Shown here: positions 46,449 through 57,100 of the stretch, piece after piece
Layout: the number at the start of each line of letters is the position of its first letter
Position numbering within the stretch: the stretch's first letter is position 1
Source of the DNA: Planctomycetota bacterium
GTDB taxonomy: Bacteria; Planctomycetota; JAJSAM01; JAJVHW01
NCBI GenBank assembly: GCA_965248445.1
Contig: CBDFJG010000004.1
Span: 1,312,001-1,376,000 of the forward strand
Direction: 5' to 3'
Length of the DNA stretch: 64,000 nucleotides
The notes under the pieces: model-generated
Seen by the model: only the letters and a program-made list of their open reading frames with translations
The model's database searches: none
What the model was told of the DNA's origin: nothing
Position numbers and translations under genes: made by a program

Positions 46449-47780
46449 CTACTCGTCGTCGTCCTCGATGCCGGCGCCGTCCTCGTTGCCACCGTCGTCG
46501 TCGGTGCCCTCGTCCGCACCCTCGTCGCCGTCGCTCGACTCGTCGTCGTCACCCTCGTCTCCGGTGTCGTCGTCGTCCTCGTCGTCACTCCCGCGATCCT
46601 TGACGAACTCCTTGGGCAGCGGGTCTTCGCCGCGCGTGGCCTCCCAGGGCTCCGGCTCGTCGCTCGCCTTGCGCGAGGTGTCCCACGTGTGACCGTCCTC
46701 GAGCCTCTCGTTTTTCCAGACGCTCACGCGCCGAATGAGGACCGCCGGATAGGGGTGATCACGCATCCGGAACGTCCCGGTCTGCTCGGAGGTCTTTGGA
46801 TTGGTGTCGTAGGTGGGGGCGCGGGCGATGCGGTCGAGGGTGTCGAGCGAGCCCTCCTTGTCGAGCACCGCAGCGAACGGAGAGGTGTCTCCGTCGTACC
46901 GCGCGATGCCCTCCTCCGCGGTGATGATCGTGAAGCGCTGATCGCTCTCGCCGGAGGGCATGTTCACGGCTGCGACGACGCGCTTCTTGTGCTTCACGGT
47001 GTAGCGCGAGTCCTCCACCTCTTGGGTGTGGAGCGGTTCGTCCCGGTCATGCTCCGCCGGATCACGGGTGCCGATCTCGGAGTGCGAGGCGCGGGAGCCA
47101 GCGCGGACCAGTTGCGGCGCGCCGTCGGTGCCGGTGCGGATCTCGTAGAACTGAGTCCCGTTGTAGTCGCCGGCCTTGGCGTGCCCGATGAACGAGCCCA
47201 CATGGTCCGGTGCGTCGTCGCCGTAAAAGCCCACCCAGAGGTTTCCGACGCTCGTTTCGATCAGCGCCAGGCGGTCTTCGGCCGGCCAGCGGTGTTCGTA
47301 CTTGGTCTTCGCGGTCCAATCGGCCTCACGCACCATCACGTCCTGGAGGCGTTTCGAGAGCGAGGTCCCCCCGGCCTTCCCGGTGGATGAGATCGTGTTC
47401 AGCCCGAAGTCGGGGAAGCGGGACTCGAGGTCCTTCAAGGCGTCGACGGCCTCACCGAACTCGGCGGCCTCGCGATGGGTGTTCACCATCGCCGAAAGAG
47501 CGAACGGCGTGACCGGATCGTCGGGGTAGTCGTTGGTCAGCAGCTGGAGGCGGCGCAGACGCTGCGCGCTGTCGAGCGTCCCGCGGTCTCCGCCAGAGAC
47601 GACATCGTGATAGCGGGTCCACTGGTCGTCCAGGCGGGACTTGTGGTAGTGCCGCACGCCGAGGACGGTCAGTGTGACCGCGGCGATGAGGATGCCCGCC
47701 GCCCAGAGCTGCTTCTTGTAGGGGTGGTAGTAGACGTCGAAGAAGTTCTCGCCCACGTGGTCTTCGGGGAACACTTTCAC
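46449..47780 (-). CDS. Membrane-anchored TPR plus cyclophilin-like protein with acidic tail
   Basis: N-terminal TM and TPR-like helices; IETSVGNLWVGFYGDDAPDHVGSF..AKAGDYNGTQF; Asp/Glu-rich tail. Confidence 0.72.
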   Translation of the reverse strand: MKVFPEDHVGENFFDVYYHPYKKQLWAAGILIAAVTLTVLGVRHYHKSRLDDQWTRYHDVVSGGDRGTLDSAQRLRRLQLLTNDYPDDPVTPFALSAMVNTHREAAEFGEAVDALKDLESRFPDFGLNTISSTGKAGGTSLSKRLQDVMVREADWTAKTKYEHRWPAEDRLALIETSVGNLWVGFYGDDAPDHVGSFIGHAKAGDYNGTQFYEIRTGTDGAPQLVRAGSRASHSEIGTRDPAEHDRDEPLHTQEVEDSRYTVKHKKRVVAAVNMPSGESDQRFTIITAEEGIARYDGDTSPFAAVLDKEGSLDTLDRIARAPTYDTNPKTSEQTGTFRMRDHPYPAVLIRRVSVWKNERLEDGHTWDTSRKASDEPEPWEATRGEDPLPKEFVKDRGSDDEDDDDTGDEGDDDESSDGDEGADEGTDDDGGNEDGAGIEDDDE

Positions 47781-47936
47781 GTCTCACCTCGCCGCGGACC
47801 GTTCTCCGCGTGATCGCTGTAACCTCTTAGCTGATAACGACTTATGGCGCTAGACACGAAGCCGAACCGACTACGTTAACGCGCCGCCTCGCGCGCGCGC
47901 AAGGTTCGCCGCAGCGTCGGGTATCTTCGCACGCCC

Positions 47937-48686
47937 ATGACGTCGCGGGAGTTCCGTCTCCGTTCCCTGTCAACGCCCGCGCGGTGTCTGGTCGCGGCGT
48001 TCCTCCTCGCCGTCGCAGCGGGGATGGCCGCGGCCCACGTTAACCTGCACCTGCAGCACGCCGGCCGCGACGGCAAGCCCGGTCTGTCCTATGACGACGT
48101 CGTGGCGGCGTTTCACGGCAACCCCGATCGCACGCTGCTTGCCGCGAAGATCGACGGCGGCTCGATGGAACGGTACGTCCCGCGGCCGGTCGATCAGCTG
48201 GCGCTACTCGAGTGGGCGGCTGCAGGCGCCGAGGAGCCCGCCTTCGAGCCCGCGAAGGAAGTGCTGGATCGTCAGTGCGTGCGGTGTCACCACCCGGCGG
48301 GGGAGATGGCCTCCGTTCCCTTCGCGCCAAGTCGTCGCGCGGGTTCCGAGCACGCGATGGTCACCAACGTCACAGGGCCCGACCCGGGAACGTCGCTTCC
48401 GACGTTGGCCAGGTCGAGCCATGCGCATCTGTTCGGAATGGGAACTCTGTTCGCTCTGACGGGTCTGATCGTCCTCGGAACGGACCTGCGCGCGCGGTGG
48501 AAGGCGCTCTTGGCGGTGTTGCCCTATGTGGCGATGTTCATGGACATCGGCTGTTGGTGGTTGGCTCGCCTCGCGCCCGAGTTCGCATTGGGCGTCGTAG
48601 GGGGCGGCGCTCTGATGGGACTCGCCGTGGCGGCCCAGGTCGGTCGGTCGGTCTTCGAGCTGATCACACCGACTATATCGTCGTAA
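47937..48686 (+). CDS. Membrane protein with a single c-type heme motif
   Basis: CVRCH in a loop; SHAHLFGM; about 4 TM segments. Confidence 0.7.
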   Translation: MTSREFRLRSLSTPARCLVAAFLLAVAAGMAAAHVNLHLQHAGRDGKPGLSYDDVVAAFHGNPDRTLLAAKIDGGSMERYVPRPVDQLALLEWAAAGAEEPAFEPAKEVLDRQCVRCHHPAGEMASVPFAPSRRAGSEHAMVTNVTGPDPGTSLPTLARSSHAHLFGMGTLFALTGLIVLGTDLRARWKALLAVLPYVAMFMDIGCWWLARLAPEFALGVVGGGALMGLAVAAQVGRSVFELITPTISS

Positions 48687-48738
48687 CTACCGCCAAACTT
48701 CGATAGTTACGACCGTCAGCAGATTCTGACGGGCGGCG

Positions 48739-49965
48739 CTAGCGCTGCGATTCGGGGATCGGGAAGTACTCCGAGAGGTGCGCAAGCTCCCCGACTTCCT
48801 TGATCAGGTTGCGCGCGATCACGAGGCGCTGCACCTGGTTCGTGCCCTCGTAGATCTGCGTGATCTTGGCGTCGCGCATGTACTTCTCGACGGGGTAGTC
48901 GCGCATGAAGCCGTAGCCACCGAACACCTGCACCGCGTTCGTCGTGACTTCCATCGCGACGTCCGTCGCGAAGCACTTCGCCATCGCGGCGAACTTGTTG
49001 CCCTTCTTGCTGCCGGCGTCGATGTGACGCGCCGCGGCGTACACGAGCTGGCGCGCCGCCTCCACCTTCTGCGCCATGTCGGCCAGAAGCTTCTGCACCA
49101 TCTGTTTCGACGTGATAGGGGCCCCGAACTGCTCGCGCTGGCAGGCGTACACCAGCGCGAAGTCCAGAGCGCCCTGGGCGCACCCGACGGCCTGGGCGGC
49201 GACTCCGGGCCGCGCCTTGTCGAGCGTCATCATCGCGTGCTTGAAACCCAGTCCGGCCCTGCCCCCGATCAGGCGATCCGCCGACAGCCGGAGGTTGTCG
49301 AACTCGAGCTCGACGACCGGGATGGCCCGGATGCCCATCTTGTCCTCGACCTTCCCGATACGGAAGCCGGGCACCTCACCGATCTCCTCGCCGCTCCCGG
49401 GCCGTTCGATCACGAACGCGCTGATGCGGCGGGACCGCGAGTTCTGATCCGTGACGGCGAAGATCGTGTTGATGTGGGCCACCGCGCCGTTGGTGTTCCA
49501 CTTCTTGTGGCCATTCATGACCCACTCGTCGCCGTCCTGGACGGCTGTGCAGGCCATGCCACCGGCGTCCGAGCCGGCGTTGCGCTCGGAGAGCCCGAAC
49601 GCCACCAGCCGATCGCCGTTCGCGATGCTCGGGAGCCACCGCTCCTTCTGCTCGTCGGTCCCGCCGATCATGATCGGGAACGACCCGAGTGCGTTGACGG
49701 CGAAGCCCACGCCGATGCCGCCACACGCCTTGGCGAGCTCCTCGACCACCAGGCAGAGATTCAGGACGCTCCCCGAACTGCCGCCGTGCTCGGGGGGCAC
49801 GAAGACCTTGAAGAGCTCGTACTCCTTCAACCGCGCCTGGACCTCCCAGGGATACTCCTGCAGACGGTCGTACCGCCACGCGACAGGCCGGATGTACTTG
49901 TCGGCAACTTCGCGCGCGCGCGTACGCCACTCGAGGTTGTCCGTCGACAGGGTGGGGTCGCTCAT
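48739..49965 (-). CDS. Acyl-CoA dehydrogenase
   Basis: FGLSERNAGSDA, KMGIRA, REQFG, QVFGGYG, QIYEGTNQVQR. Confidence 0.93.
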   Translation of the reverse strand: MSDPTLSTDNLEWRTRAREVADKYIRPVAWRYDRLQEYPWEVQARLKEYELFKVFVPPEHGGSSGSVLNLCLVVEELAKACGGIGVGFAVNALGSFPIMIGGTDEQKERWLPSIANGDRLVAFGLSERNAGSDAGGMACTAVQDGDEWVMNGHKKWNTNGAVAHINTIFAVTDQNSRSRRISAFVIERPGSGEEIGEVPGFRIGKVEDKMGIRAIPVVELEFDNLRLSADRLIGGRAGLGFKHAMMTLDKARPGVAAQAVGCAQGALDFALVYACQREQFGAPITSKQMVQKLLADMAQKVEAARQLVYAAARHIDAGSKKGNKFAAMAKCFATDVAMEVTTNAVQVFGGYGFMRDYPVEKYMRDAKITQIYEGTNQVQRLVIARNLIKEVGELAHLSEYFPIPESQR

Positions 49966-50195
49966 GGGGGCTCCGCTCGGGTTCGGGTCACGGCGTGCCG
50001 GTATGGCCGCGCGGCACTGTTGTCTTCCGGGATGATGGGCGGCGGATTGTAGCAACGCCGTCGCGTCAATCTCGCGCCTCGTCGCGACACAACCCATGCT
50101 GCTGAGCCCGGCGGTTCCGCCATCCCAAACCCCCACCCGCCCTCGAGGGGAAGGACGCGCCGTGCGGGCTCGGGGTTACAGCGCGGGACGCGGAA

Positions 50196-51890
50196 TCAGC
50201 CGCGCTCGACGAACACCCAATCGCCGATCACGACCGCATCGAGTCCGCTGCGCATCAGCACGTCGAGAGCTTCGCGCGGTGTGTTCGCGATGGGTTCACC
50301 GCGCAAGTTGAATGACGTGTTCAACAGCACGGGGACGCCGGTTCGCGTCCCGAAGGCGCTGAGGAGTTCGTGGAAGCGCGCGTTCTCGTCCGCGGTGACG
50401 GTCTGCACTCGTGCACTGCCGTCCACGTGCGTGATGGCCGGGACATGTTGCCGGCGATCCGCGCGTACCGGGAACGCGAGCAGCATGTACGGCGACGGAC
50501 GCACGTCGTCGAACCACTCCGCAGCGTGTTCGAGCGGCACCGCCGGCGCGAAGGGCCGGAACGCCTCGCGGAACTTCACATCGCGGTTGAGACGCTCACG
50601 CATCGACGGGTCGCGCGGGTCGGCCAAGATCGAGCGATTGCCAAGTGCGCGCGGTCCGTACTCCATGCGTCCCTGCATCCAGCCGACGATGGCTCCGTTC
50701 GCGAGCAGCTCCGCCGTGTGGTCGGCCACGTCGTCGACGCGCTCGCCCGTCACGCCGAGCGCCGCCGCGGCGGCCGCGACGTCCTGTTCGCGACAAGCGG
50801 GACCGAGGAAGGCGTGACGCTGTCGTTCGCCGCGCGGCGCGCCGAGCGTCCGGTGCGCCGTGAGGAGCGCAGCGCCGAGCGCTGCGCCGTTGTCGCCGGC
50901 CGCCGGTTGCACGAACACCTCTTCGAACGGCCCTTCGCGCACCAGTCGGCCGTTCGCGACACAGTTGAGCGCTACGCCGCCGGCCATCACGAGACGACTC
51001 TCACCGGACTCTTCGTGCAGGCGGTGCGCGAGTGCGAGCACGACGTCTTCGGTCGCCGCCTGTAATGCGAACGCCACGTCGCGGTGCCGGTCCTCGATCT
51101 CACCCTCCGCGGCGCGCGCCGCACCGAACGTGCGAACGAACCTCTCAGAGACGAGCTGCTGTGCGCCGTACTGGAACGTGAAGTACGAGAGGTCGACGGC
51201 GAACCCGCTCGTCGCGTGGGGCGCCAAGACTTCGCGCATCGCCGCGACGTACGTCGCGGCGCCGTGCGGAGCGAGGCCCATCACCTTGCCTTCGTCCTCG
51301 GTCGGGCGCCAGCCGAGCCAGTCGGTCACGGCCTCCCACACCTTCCCCACGGAGACTGGGTAGTTCACCGTCAAGTAGCGGTGGTGCGTCTTCTCGTCGA
51401 CGCGTGCGAGCACGGTGGCGGCAGCTTCGCCGGCACCGTCAATCGTGAGCGCCGCCGCGTGCGCAAAGCCCGACGGCCAGAACGCACTGTCGATGTGCGC
51501 CGCGTGGTGATCGACCGTGTGAAAGCGACCGCGGAACCCGCTCGCGTCGCGGAACCGGCGCTCCACACCCATGAAGCTCTTCCAGAGTGCCGGTTCCCGT
51601 CCGAGGTAAGAGGCGCTCTTCGGGAAGTGCCTCAGGAAGTGCCAGGCGCCGCGCCGGAGCCAGAGCCGTGGGTTCATGTAGAACGCGACGTGCTCGAGCT
51701 CGTCCCACGAGGACCCGGCGTGGGTCAGGCAGAGCGCCATCGCCCGGTCCGGTCGCCCGAAGTGGTGCTTCACGCGGGAGAGCCGCTCTTCCTCGACGGC
51801 CATCAGCACATCGCCTCCGCGCACGATCGCGGCGGCCGCGTCGTGGGTCGAGTTGAAGCCGAGGACGAGCTGAGTGCCGGACGCAGCCAT
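50196..51890 (-). CDS. Carbamoyltransferase (NodU/CmcH/TobZ family)
   Basis: HDAAAA, EEERLSRVKH, HHAAH, EGKVMGLA, GPRALGNRSIL, FRPFAP, NTSFN. Confidence 0.92.
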   Translation of the reverse strand: MAASGTQLVLGFNSTHDAAAAIVRGGDVLMAVEEERLSRVKHHFGRPDRAMALCLTHAGSSWDELEHVAFYMNPRLWLRRGAWHFLRHFPKSASYLGREPALWKSFMGVERRFRDASGFRGRFHTVDHHAAHIDSAFWPSGFAHAAALTIDGAGEAAATVLARVDEKTHHRYLTVNYPVSVGKVWEAVTDWLGWRPTEDEGKVMGLAPHGAATYVAAMREVLAPHATSGFAVDLSYFTFQYGAQQLVSERFVRTFGAARAAEGEIEDRHRDVAFALQAATEDVVLALAHRLHEESGESRLVMAGGVALNCVANGRLVREGPFEEVFVQPAAGDNGAALGAALLTAHRTLGAPRGERQRHAFLGPACREQDVAAAAAALGVTGERVDDVADHTAELLANGAIVGWMQGRMEYGPRALGNRSILADPRDPSMRERLNRDVKFREAFRPFAPAVPLEHAAEWFDDVRPSPYMLLAFPVRADRRQHVPAITHVDGSARVQTVTADENARFHELLSAFGTRTGVPVLLNTSFNLRGEPIANTPREALDVLMRSGLDAVVIGDWVFVERG

Positions 51891-51995
51891 TGCGGGCAGC
51901 GTACCGGAGGAGTGCGCTCCGGTGCGCCTCCGCTCGCGGTGCCGGAATCCTCTTTCAGTCGGCCTCTCGCGTCCCCATCCTGCGCGCACCTCGAC

Positions 51996-52895
51996 GTGTC
52001 GCTGTTCGACTCCCTCATTGCCGCCGCCCTGCCGATCACCCCGCGCTTCATCGTGGGGCGCGTCGCGCGCAAGTACATCGCGGGTGAGTCGATCGCGGAC
52101 GCGGTCGAGACGATCCGCCGCCTCAACGCCGCGGGCGCCTGTTGCACCGTGGACGTGCTCGGGGAGTTCATCGAGGAGTTCGCCGCGGCGCGCCTCACCG
52201 CCAAGCAGTACGGGGACACTCTCGATGCAATAGAAGCCAACGGCCTGGACGGCAACATCTCCGTCAAGCTGACGGCGCTCGGACTCCTCCTCGACGAGGG
52301 CGCTTGTACGGCCCTCGTGCGCGATCTGGCTGTGCAGGCACAGGGTCACGGGAGCTTCGTGCGCATCGACATGGAGGACTCGCCGGTCACCGACGCCACT
52401 CTTGCGCTCGTGCGAACGTTGCGCGCGGAGGGTCTGCCGGTCGGCGCCGTGCTCCAGGCGTATCTGCACCGAACGCGCGCGGATGCGCAGCAGCTCGCCG
52501 ACGCCGATGTGCCGGTGCGGCTGTGCAAGGGCATCTACAAAGAGTCGGAGAACATCGCGTTCCAGGGTCGTGAGGAGATTCGCGAGAGCTACCGCGATTG
52601 CCTGCGCATCCTGCTGGCGGGTGACGGACAAGTGGGGATTGCGACGCACGATGAGGTGCTCGCCACGTACGCGCTCGAGTGCGTCGCAGAGATGCGGCCC
52701 ACGCGCGAGAACGTCGAATTCCAGATGCTGCTCGGCGTGCGGGAATGGCTCCGCGACGAACTACTCGCCAAGGGCCACGCCGTGCGGATCTACGTGCCGT
52801 TCGGTGAAAGCTGGTACGGCTACAGCAAGCGTCGGCTGCGCGAGAACCCCGAGATCGCAGGGCATGTGTTTCGGGCGATGCTGGGGTTCAGGTGA
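51996..52895 (+). CDS. Monofunctional proline dehydrogenase
   Basis: YIAGE, DVLGE, SVKLTALG, RIDMED, RLCKGIY, IATHD, EFQMLLG, YVPFG. Confidence 0.92.
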   Translation: MSLFDSLIAAALPITPRFIVGRVARKYIAGESIADAVETIRRLNAAGACCTVDVLGEFIEEFAAARLTAKQYGDTLDAIEANGLDGNISVKLTALGLLLDEGACTALVRDLAVQAQGHGSFVRIDMEDSPVTDATLALVRTLRAEGLPVGAVLQAYLHRTRADAQQLADADVPVRLCKGIYKESENIAFQGREEIRESYRDCLRILLAGDGQVGIATHDEVLATYALECVAEMRPTRENVEFQMLLGVREWLRDELLAKGHAVRIYVPFGESWYGYSKRRLRENPEIAGHVFRAMLGFR

Positions 52896-53148
52896 TCGCG
52901 CGAGTGTGCGCGATCACCTGAACGGGCGCGGCCCGAGCGCGCGTGTCAGCGCGCGGGGGAGCAGACGCCATCGGCAATGGCGTCTGCAGCGCCACGGGAG
53001 AAGCGTAGGCGCGCGAGTGTGCGCGATCACCTGAACGGGCGCGGCCCGAGCGCGCGTGTCGGCGCGCGAGGGAGCAGGCGACATAGGTAATGGCGTCTGC
53101 AGCGCCACGGGAGAACTGTGATCGCGCAGCGATCACTTGAACCGGCGC
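52886..53148. repeat. Intergenic palindromic repeat array, 113-bp period (2 copies plus a partial)
   Basis: Units start at 52898 and 53011; 16-bp stem 52886-52901/52908-52923; 11-bp stem GCAGACGCCAT/ATGGCGTCTGC. Confidence 0.85.
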
Positions 53149-53317
53149 CCAAGCCACCTCCGGGTCCCACCCGCCCACGGGGGAGGACGCCCGGCGAGTC
53201 CGGTTGGTTACAGCCGTTTGCGGGCGGGGGCAGCGCCCCGCCCCTAAAGCCGAGCTGCTCTCGAGATGCAACCAACGGGTTGCTGCGCGAGCCGAAGGCC
53301 GCGCGCCCGGGCGCTCG

Positions 53318-54157
53318 CTACCTGGAGTCGCCGCCGGTGATGTACCCGTCGTTGTTCTTGTCCATGCGCTTCCACGCGGCTTCGGTGCCCTTCCACTCCT
53401 TGCGCGAGACCTTGCCGTCCTCGTCGGCGTCCATGGCCGCGATGACGTTGGAGTCCTCGAGGGTGGGGGCCATCTCCATGCCGCCCATCGCACGGCCGGT
53501 CGCCTCGTAGTAGTCCACGACGCCGTCGGAGTTCGCGTCGTGCTTGCGGAACGCGCGCATCGGGCCGTCGTACTCGGCCTGGCTGATCTGACGGTCGTAG
53601 TTCAGGTCGAACAGGTCGAGCATCTCGTAACGGCTCGGGTTGCGGGCGCGCTTCTTGAGGTCGTCGAGCTGATCCGACGCCATGCGGAGAAGCTCTTTCC
53701 ACTCGTGGTAACCGTTCTTGTTCCGGTCGAACTTGCGGAACATGTTGTCGTCGCCGGGGAACTCCTCTTTGGAGACGACCCCGTCCTTGTCCTGGTCGAA
53801 ACGCAGCGAGCTCAGTGCGTGCGCGCGGGTGTCGCGCAGGATCAGCAGTCGGCGGAAGCCCACCGGTCGCGCCATCACCGCGAGGAACTCCTTCTTCGAC
53901 ACGTCCTCGTCGCCGTCACGATCGAAGCGGTCGAGCCAGCCCTTGGGGACCTCGTCGCCGCGGAGCTTCCCGTCGCGACTTGCGTCGATCTTGACGAACT
54001 GCTTCTCGAGCGCGGCGAGGCGTTCCTTCTCCGAGATCTTGGGAGCCTCGGCCTTCTTCTTGACGTCGTACTCGTGATGGTCGGCCGACGCTGCGGGCGC
54101 GAGCAGGGTCACGAAGACCGCGGCGGCGAAGGCACCGAACAACGTTGCGCGTGTCAT
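53318..54157 (-). CDS. Exported multi-EF-hand protein
   Basis: Signal peptide; loops DASRDGKLRGDE, DRDGDEDVSKKE, DQDKDGVVSKEE, DANSDGVVDYYE, DADEDGKVSRKE and others. Confidence 0.85.
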   Translation of the reverse strand: MTRATLFGAFAAAVFVTLLAPAASADHHEYDVKKKAEAPKISEKERLAALEKQFVKIDASRDGKLRGDEVPKGWLDRFDRDGDEDVSKKEFLAVMARPVGFRRLLILRDTRAHALSSLRFDQDKDGVVSKEEFPGDDNMFRKFDRNKNGYHEWKELLRMASDQLDDLKKRARNPSRYEMLDLFDLNYDRQISQAEYDGPMRAFRKHDANSDGVVDYYEATGRAMGGMEMAPTLEDSNVIAAMDADEDGKVSRKEWKGTEAAWKRMDKNNDGYITGGDSR

Positions 54158-57100
54158 CTCTTGTCCTCCCGGCCCCCGAGGGGGTCCCCGTCCGAACCTG
54201 AACTGCTCTCGAGACCCGTGACCGGGACGCCGAGCACCCGCAGGAACTCCGCCTGACTGAGCCAGCGAGCTCCCTCGTGGCTCACGTCCATGATAGGCGC
54301 TCCCGAAGCGTCGACTGTCCGGTCGAGAGGGAATTCCTCCATGCCGATGTCGAAGCTCCCCCTCAGGGTCGGTACCGAGGCCAGATTTCTGACCTCATCG
54401 GGCCGGCCGAGGTCCGTCAGCGTCGCGCCGCCCTCGCCCGCGGTGATCGCGAAGGTCCGCAGGAACGGCTGGTTGTACATGCTCGCGATCGTGAGTGAGC
54501 GAGGGTCGCCCCCGATGGCCACCGACCCACGGGGTCTGGGGGTCGCCGAGTCGGTGACGTCGAGAACCCCGAGGCGATTTGGGGCCAGCCAGACGATCAG
54601 GTCGCGTTCCTGGGTGGGGATGGCGCCCCCCTCGCTGCCGAGCTCGTAGAGCGTCGTGATGGCAACGTCCCGGATCTCGCCTGCGCCCACCCGCATGATC
54701 ACCGTCGGTCGCCTGGGCTCCGTCACGTCCATGAGCCACAGTCCGCGCCGGAGCGTACCGACGGCCGCCAGGGCGCGCGCGCGGGTTCGGCGGCCCTCGA
54801 GCTTCTCCGCGCTCGGGCGCGAGTACTGGAACAGGATGCTGATTCGCGTCGCTGTGACCGTCGCCGTGTCCGAGCCGTTCATGTCGAGCGAGGCGAGCAG
54901 GACGCGCGGAGCCGCCGGGTCGCGGACGTCGATCGCGGCGAGCCCCTTGGGGCCGGACGCGACCCAGAGCGTCGGCGTTTCGAGGTGGAGGTCGTACGCG
55001 GGGATGTCGGGCAGGTGGGAGATCTCGCGGGGCTTGGACGGCTTCGAGATGTCGAAGATGCGCACGCCGGCCGCGCCGTCCGCGACGTACAGCTTGCCGG
55101 CACGGATCATCATCCTCTGCGGGTCCTCGACTGCTTTCTTGACGCGTCCGAGCGACTTCGGAAACCCAGGTGATCGCGCGTCGATGATGACGAGCTCCCC
55201 CTTCGCGGTGGCGGCGAAGACCTCCTGCATGTACCCCGAGAGCCGGTCGTTGTGGACGGCGATCGCCTGCACGTCGGGGACGGCCACGACCGAGAGCAGC
55301 GCGCTGTTGGCGGGGTTCTTGCGATCCACGCTGAGGAAGCGGATTCCCTGGCTGCCGCCGGTGACGGCGAAGTCGCGCGCCAGCCGGAAGTTGTTCGTGC
55401 CGCGGCCGTACGTCGACGGCGCGCGGTGGCACTCGATGCACGTACGCGCCCGCGCGGTCGTCGTGTGCGTCTGGTGGTGGATCATCGTCATGCCGGAGAG
55501 CCCTGCGCGCGTGACGGGCAGCGCCTGCTCGAGGACGAGTTCACCCTTGTCGTCGTGGACGGTCGCCATGCTCGAGAAGCCGACCATGTACGGAGCGATC
55601 TTCCCGTGGCTGTTCCAGCCCAGGTAGTAGTGCTTGAACGTGGAGAACACCTTCTCCTGCGTCGTCACGCGACCCTGCGTGCGCGCGCCCGACAACATAT
55701 CCAGCTGTGTGAACGCCTCGTTCCGGTCGAAGTGGAAGCCGAAGAAGTTCGGGTTCCACCCGCTGTGGCACGAGTAGCACTCGAGGTTCTTGTGGTCGTC
55801 GGACATCGCGAGTGCGGCGTGCGAGTTGAAGTCGTCGCTGCCGGGCCGCACGACGTTGCGCGCTTGCTTGACGCGGTGCCGCTTGCCAGTCACGCGACTG
55901 ACCAGGAACACCTGGCCGTCCTCGTGTTCGAGATGGGCGAGCTTCTTGCCCTTCTTCGTGAGGCCCGTTGCGACCGCGGCCCACGTCCCGTGACACGTCG
56001 TGCACTGGATCTCGATCGCGTCTTCCATGCGGGCGTACAGGTTCCCGTCGCCCATCGTGTCGTCGCGCGTGTGGCAGTCGACGCAGTGCATGCCGCGCTG
56101 ATGGTGCACGTCGGCCGGCGTCGAAGCGGGATCGTCGATGTAGTACACGCCGTTCAGGCGCTTGCGGTGAAGGCCCGGTGCGTCCGGTGTCTGCGGCATG
56201 CCCGGTACGGGCTGCGCGAGCCCGCGGAAAGACAGGCCGATCGACGCGTCGCCGTAGTGGCAGCGCGTGCACGTTGCCGTGTCCGCGAACCGCACCATCT
56301 TGTGTTCCTTGGGATGGCCCGGCTCGAAGTGGTCGATCGTGCTGTCGCGCGAGAGCGAAAGACCGTCATCGGTATAGGGCACGTGGCAGGCCGAGCAGCC
56401 CTCGCCGCGGTAGTCACCATCCATGCCGGCGCGTCCGCGCATCGCGCGCCCCGGCGACCAGAGGTGACACTGCATGCAGGCCTTGCGCGGCAGATCGGAG
56501 AAGTGCGTCGACACGCGGTCGTCTCTGCCGCTCCGGAACCCCGGAATCTGCTTCAGTACCAAGACGGCCGAGTCCGGTCGGACAACGCTTGCGTCCCGCT
56601 CGTCCTTCACCGGGAAGACGGAGTAGAGCGGGTGCCGCTTGGCCACGACGCCGTTCTCGTAGAGGCCGTCGCCCAGGTGTCCGGCCGTGGACGCATGCAG
56701 CGAGTGGTGCACGTCATGCACGGCGTCTGCGTGACATGGTCCACACGACTTCTCGACGATGCGCAGGTTGCCGGGATCGAGGAATCGCAAGTACGCGGGA
56801 TCGACTCCGCGGCCGAGTACGCGTTCGTCGGTGGGCAGGCGCCCGCGCGGCTTGACGTGCGCCTTCTCCGCGTCCCCGGCAGTCGCGTCGCCGCCGTGAC
56901 ACTGCACGCACGTGACCGGCGAGAACGGGTGCATGTCCTCGATCGCTTCGTGGCACGTGCCGCAGGTGCCGTTCTCGGACGACCCGGCACCGCCTGCCGC
57001 GGGGCCGCCCATGCCGCCGCCCATGTCCTGGCCGACGACGGGAACAGCGAGGATGACTGCGAGCGCGAGCGCGAGCGAGAGCGCCGCGGCGACCACGAAT

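Noticed and set aside
50196..52895. Apparent long overlap of the 817-aa and 603-aa ORFs
   Set aside because: The N-terminal extensions are shadows; motif-supported starts are 51890 (-) and 51996 (+)
52886..53148. Possible CRISPR array
   Set aside because: Units are near-identical along their whole 113 bp with no unique spacers, and no cas genes are present
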